This document shows positions 60,465-64,000 of a DNA stretch of 64,000 bases, piece by piece. The translations under genes were made by a program, and so were the position numbers. Source of the DNA: Psammoneis japonica (Eukaryota); the NCBI GenBank assembly GCA_008632985.1, contig QPGO01000148.1:1-64000 (forward strand), given 5' to 3'. Within the stretch, counting starts at the first letter, position 1. Every line of letters begins with the position of its first letter. A model generated the notes under the pieces. It saw only the letters and a list, made by a program, of their open reading frames with translations. It had not been told where the DNA came from and searched no databases.

Positions 60465-63400
60465 TTCGCATTCTTTTGGGCGAGTGCACGCATGGACATG
60501 TTTTCATGCCTTTGGGACAGAGAGTCCTTAAAATCCACACAAGAAGGGGACAACACAAAATGTGGGCTTGCGCAATCAGCACTGCCATCAAACGAACCAG
60601 AAAAACCGAGCTCCACATTTCAGAAAGCCACCTCTCTGGCGGGAGCAAATCAACAGTCGATTTTCATTTCTTCGGACCATTCCCCGTCCACGGACTCAAC
60701 TGTTCAACAGAAATGAATGCTGCAGACACGTCCACCTGCTCCTTGTCTTCCAACTCATGAAAATGTCTTCCAGCTTTGCAAGAGAGCATGTCTTTGTTGG
60801 GGCTGCATTGACCATGCCATGCCCAGTCCATCTTGCAGTTGCAGCAATTGGGCTGATTAAAGGCGCACGAAGCACAGGTGTGGTGTCATCCACAATGGCT
60901 CCCGGTTGCAGGCAGTTGGTCAAAACAATGTTTGGGTGGCCCCCACATGGCGCCAACACCCAAAAGGCAAACACATCACATGGCTTTTCCACCCAATTGG
61001 GTCGATCGCAAAGCATGTTGAGTTGCTCGACATTCTGACAATGAATCTGACAGAAAGAAGAAAAGAGAACACCACGAGTGCAGTGCTGAAACTGCAGAGC
61101 ATTGCCCAACAACAAGAGCTTGCCCAATCATGGTTGCAAATCTCGGTCTGATCCTCAATTCTGCACTTTGATCACCCTCTTCTCCAACGGCACACACTCT
61201 TTGGTGTCGGCTGCACTGTCTTCTTGTTGGTGCATTGCAGAAGGAAGGAGATCCATCATGGTGGGTTGAGGAGTTGGTGGCGCGGGGTTGGTGTCATTTC
61301 CAGGAGCTTCGGGGTTGGAGTCGGGGTGGGGTGTCTGTGACTGGATGCGCACCCGTGATTTCAACTTCAGCAAAAGCTGGGACTCAACGATGTGTCAACA
61401 TTTGTTTCCTTCATGTTCAGAGTGTGTTGCGTGCTTCCAAAGTTTGGGGTGGGAGTGTTCTTGTCCATTGTGTTCAACTTTGCAGCTGGCATCCAGGCAG
61501 TGCAAACCGTTCCCAGTGCACGAGATGTCAGAAGAACTTGAATGGCTCCTTCTTTTTGACCAGCGTTAAAGCCAGTCTTGCAGTTGAAGTTGACACAGCA
61601 GCATTCTTTGGCTTGGTCCCCTGCTGCTCTGACAACAAAATTGCTTCATCCTGGGACGTGCCACAGTCAATGGCGCCAGCTGCCCAGCCGCTCCAAGACT
61701 CATCAAGAGCATTGAATTTGTCACATGCCGGACACTGCACCAACCCAATTGGTGGGGCTTGGTGCCATTGAAGCACAATTTTGTGCCACTCTCACCATGG
61801 GAGTGTCCCACAACACTGCTGAAGAAAAATGGCATGCAAGCACACAGTGTGAGTCCTTTTGCTTTCAACTTGTTTGATCCAACTTGCGCTCAACCTTGCC
61901 TTTTGATTGTCACAGTCCTGCGACTCTCCAGAGTGAGCGAGATTGAGGTTGTGTCCTGAAAAGAGAAGAAGCAGGGTTGCCAGCCATGTGGCAATGGCGG
62001 ATTCTTCCACTGTCGATGCAACAAGCCTCAATCACTCACCAATCTCATGCATTTGAGCAGAGACGAATTTGCACCATTCATTGTTGAAAACCAAAAGTCT
62101 GCCCCTGATGCATTTGCAGGCTGCACAACTTCCCTGCAGACACAGCATGACATGGTCACAGTCATTGGATGGGCTTCCAAGAGCTGCGTTGGCTGCGTTT
62201 TGAATGACCGCCCTGGCGATGCTAAGCTGGCCATGAGAGCATGCACTGCACTGGGAGGTGAGATTGACTTGGTCGCTGATGGGGTTGCCAAAGACTGCAC
62301 TGTGATTGGTTTTGTCATTGATGGCAGTTGAAGAATCAGCTTCGTCGTCTTTGACAGCCAATGTGCTCTTTGGACCGGTGGCAGTCACTGCTGGGTTACG
62401 TCAGCTGCGATCCATCAATCAAAGGACTGGGTTGGCACCAACAGGACACTCGACTCAGTCATCTTTGGCAGACACTCCACCCTTTCCTGCCTCTTCAAAG
62501 AATCTCCACTCAACGCATTTGGCAAGATGAGCAAATCCAATGTTCTGAGCCACGGAGACAGACACTGGGCGAGGTGAAATCAAAGCAACATCTCCTCTGA
62601 GATTGGAAAATGCACAGCAACATTCAAGCGCGCGAGTTGCTGGTGTCCTGGCTGGACAGAGAGCACGGAAGCATGGAACTTGTTCAACGAGCCACATGCA
62701 GGATGTGGGCCATCTGAGAAAATCAAGACACAATCATCTCTGAAGATCCTCTGGCGACAGCAAAGCAAGGGCATCAGTTGGATTGCCAAGAGAGAGATTC
62801 GGACCGTGGCAGCAAAACAATGCCCCATGGTGGGTGGTGATGTGTGTGTGGCTGGCCGCTGGCCGATGCGAAGAAACAGCGATCGCATCAGAAAACGTGT
62901 CTCTCAATGCAGCCCCATGACAAACACAAATGTCTGTCATGTGCGTGTCAACAGAAAGCACGACATAGATTTGTTGCCTCACACAGACTTTTGGCGAAGT
63001 CGCAGGAGCAAACGCAGCAAACAAAAAAACAAATTGTGGCCATGGCGCTGAAGATTGTACAAGTGGCGGTGTTCCAAGTTTGGATTCGAGATGATTACTT
63101 TGATTGAACCCAGTGCCATTTAAATTGTGTCAAAACCAACTTCGCACTTGACGGACACGATTGCCTTCACGCGAAAATCCGAAAGACGCAAGCACGCACT
63201 GTGCCCGCTGTGCCACGCACTTTCTTCATCTCACAATCGCAGTTCTGGCAAGAGAGTGAAGTGTCGCATCAACAATGTCACCATGTTGTCTTCTCTTGTC
63301 TTTGTGAACGTCGTGGTCAGCATTGGCCACCGTGACTTGATTGGAGTTATGATTCATCGCCAGAGCGCGTGCGATTGGCTTCGCGCCGGTCTTTGGTTCG

Positions 63401-64000
63401 GATGTTGCATGTTGCTTCAAGATCTCAACACAGTTGCCATCACGACATTCTCAGTGGTTCTCTGCATGGCTTGCGATGAGTGCATGAAACTCATGGACAC
63501 CTGGTTGCTCATCAAGCGGCAGAGCTTTCCGAGCGCCACTTTCAATTCGGTCTGGTCGTCCATCGTCGGGTCTCCCATCTGGAGCAAAGTCCATCTCTTC
63601 TTTGTCAAGCTCAAGTCATTCGCACTGAAGTGCATGGAGCTTGCTGTTTTCACATTGAAGGGAATCATCAAGCGTGTGGCTGGATGCGCGTTGCTTCTTT
63701 GTTCAAGCGTGCCGACAAGACAAGCGCCGCCGTCGTCTTGTTCAACGTCTGCCTGGCTTTCAAGAATTTCGATGTCAGCAGCCTCATGGGATTTCTCTTG
63801 CGTCTCATCCTGGGAGTGGCGCTGGCCTTTCTCATTCACGTGCATGCAACGGGATCGCATTTACCATCAACCGAGGAGGACCTGTCTGGCCATCGCGACG
63901 ACCATGTCAACAAGCCTTGGAAGGAGCCAACGTCCAAATTCAAGAAGGGACAGTGTGTGTGTCATCGCCATTCACACAAGACGTGGAGAGCAAAGATTTT

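Larger units (their letters stand above)
41400..64000. other. TpA-depleted hypermutated domain 2 (CpG largely retained)
   Basis: Hand tally of 19 TA in 42241-44960 (~2.7 kb) while CG remains common. Confidence 0.92.

Noticed and set aside
60700..64000. Fragmented minus-strand ORFs right of cysK
   Set aside because: Probably another mutated element, but no family motif could be recognised.

Overview
Eukaryotic DNA, most likely a diatom (plastid-type signal peptide + AFAP, CoDi-like copia, short GT-AG intron). Two large transposon-rich domains (~5.9-26.4 kb and ~41.4-64 kb) flank an island of host genes (~26.7-41.1 kb): a Pro/Ser mucin-like protein, a RanGAP-like LRR protein, a signal-peptide-bearing proteasome beta subunit and the 3' half of a cysteine synthase. 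The main signal is that both transposon domains have lost almost all TpA dinucleotides, converted to TpG/CpA (A->G / T->C at TpA). Tyr becomes Cys/His, TAA/TAG stops disappear and repeat copies differ by TG<->CA swaps, often while neighbouring CpGs survive. This looks like a regional hypermutation process running opposite to fungal RIP. Second, an 18.7-kb CACTA/CMC element (CACTG termini, TT target duplication) splits the cysteine synthase gene. It carries enzyme cargo: a TET/JBP-like + HhH/ADDT-like protein (with a paralog at 220-3122), a GNAT-papain fusion and a class-III aminotransferase. Other relics are a tyrosine-recombinase retroelement, a copia element with a nested piggyBac-like MITE, a tRNA-derived SINE-like insert, a LINE RNase H fragment, PhyH-like and methyltransferase-like ORFs, a CTCGAG array and a ~290-bp AT-rich palindrome. 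All family calls are by motif recognition, not database search.
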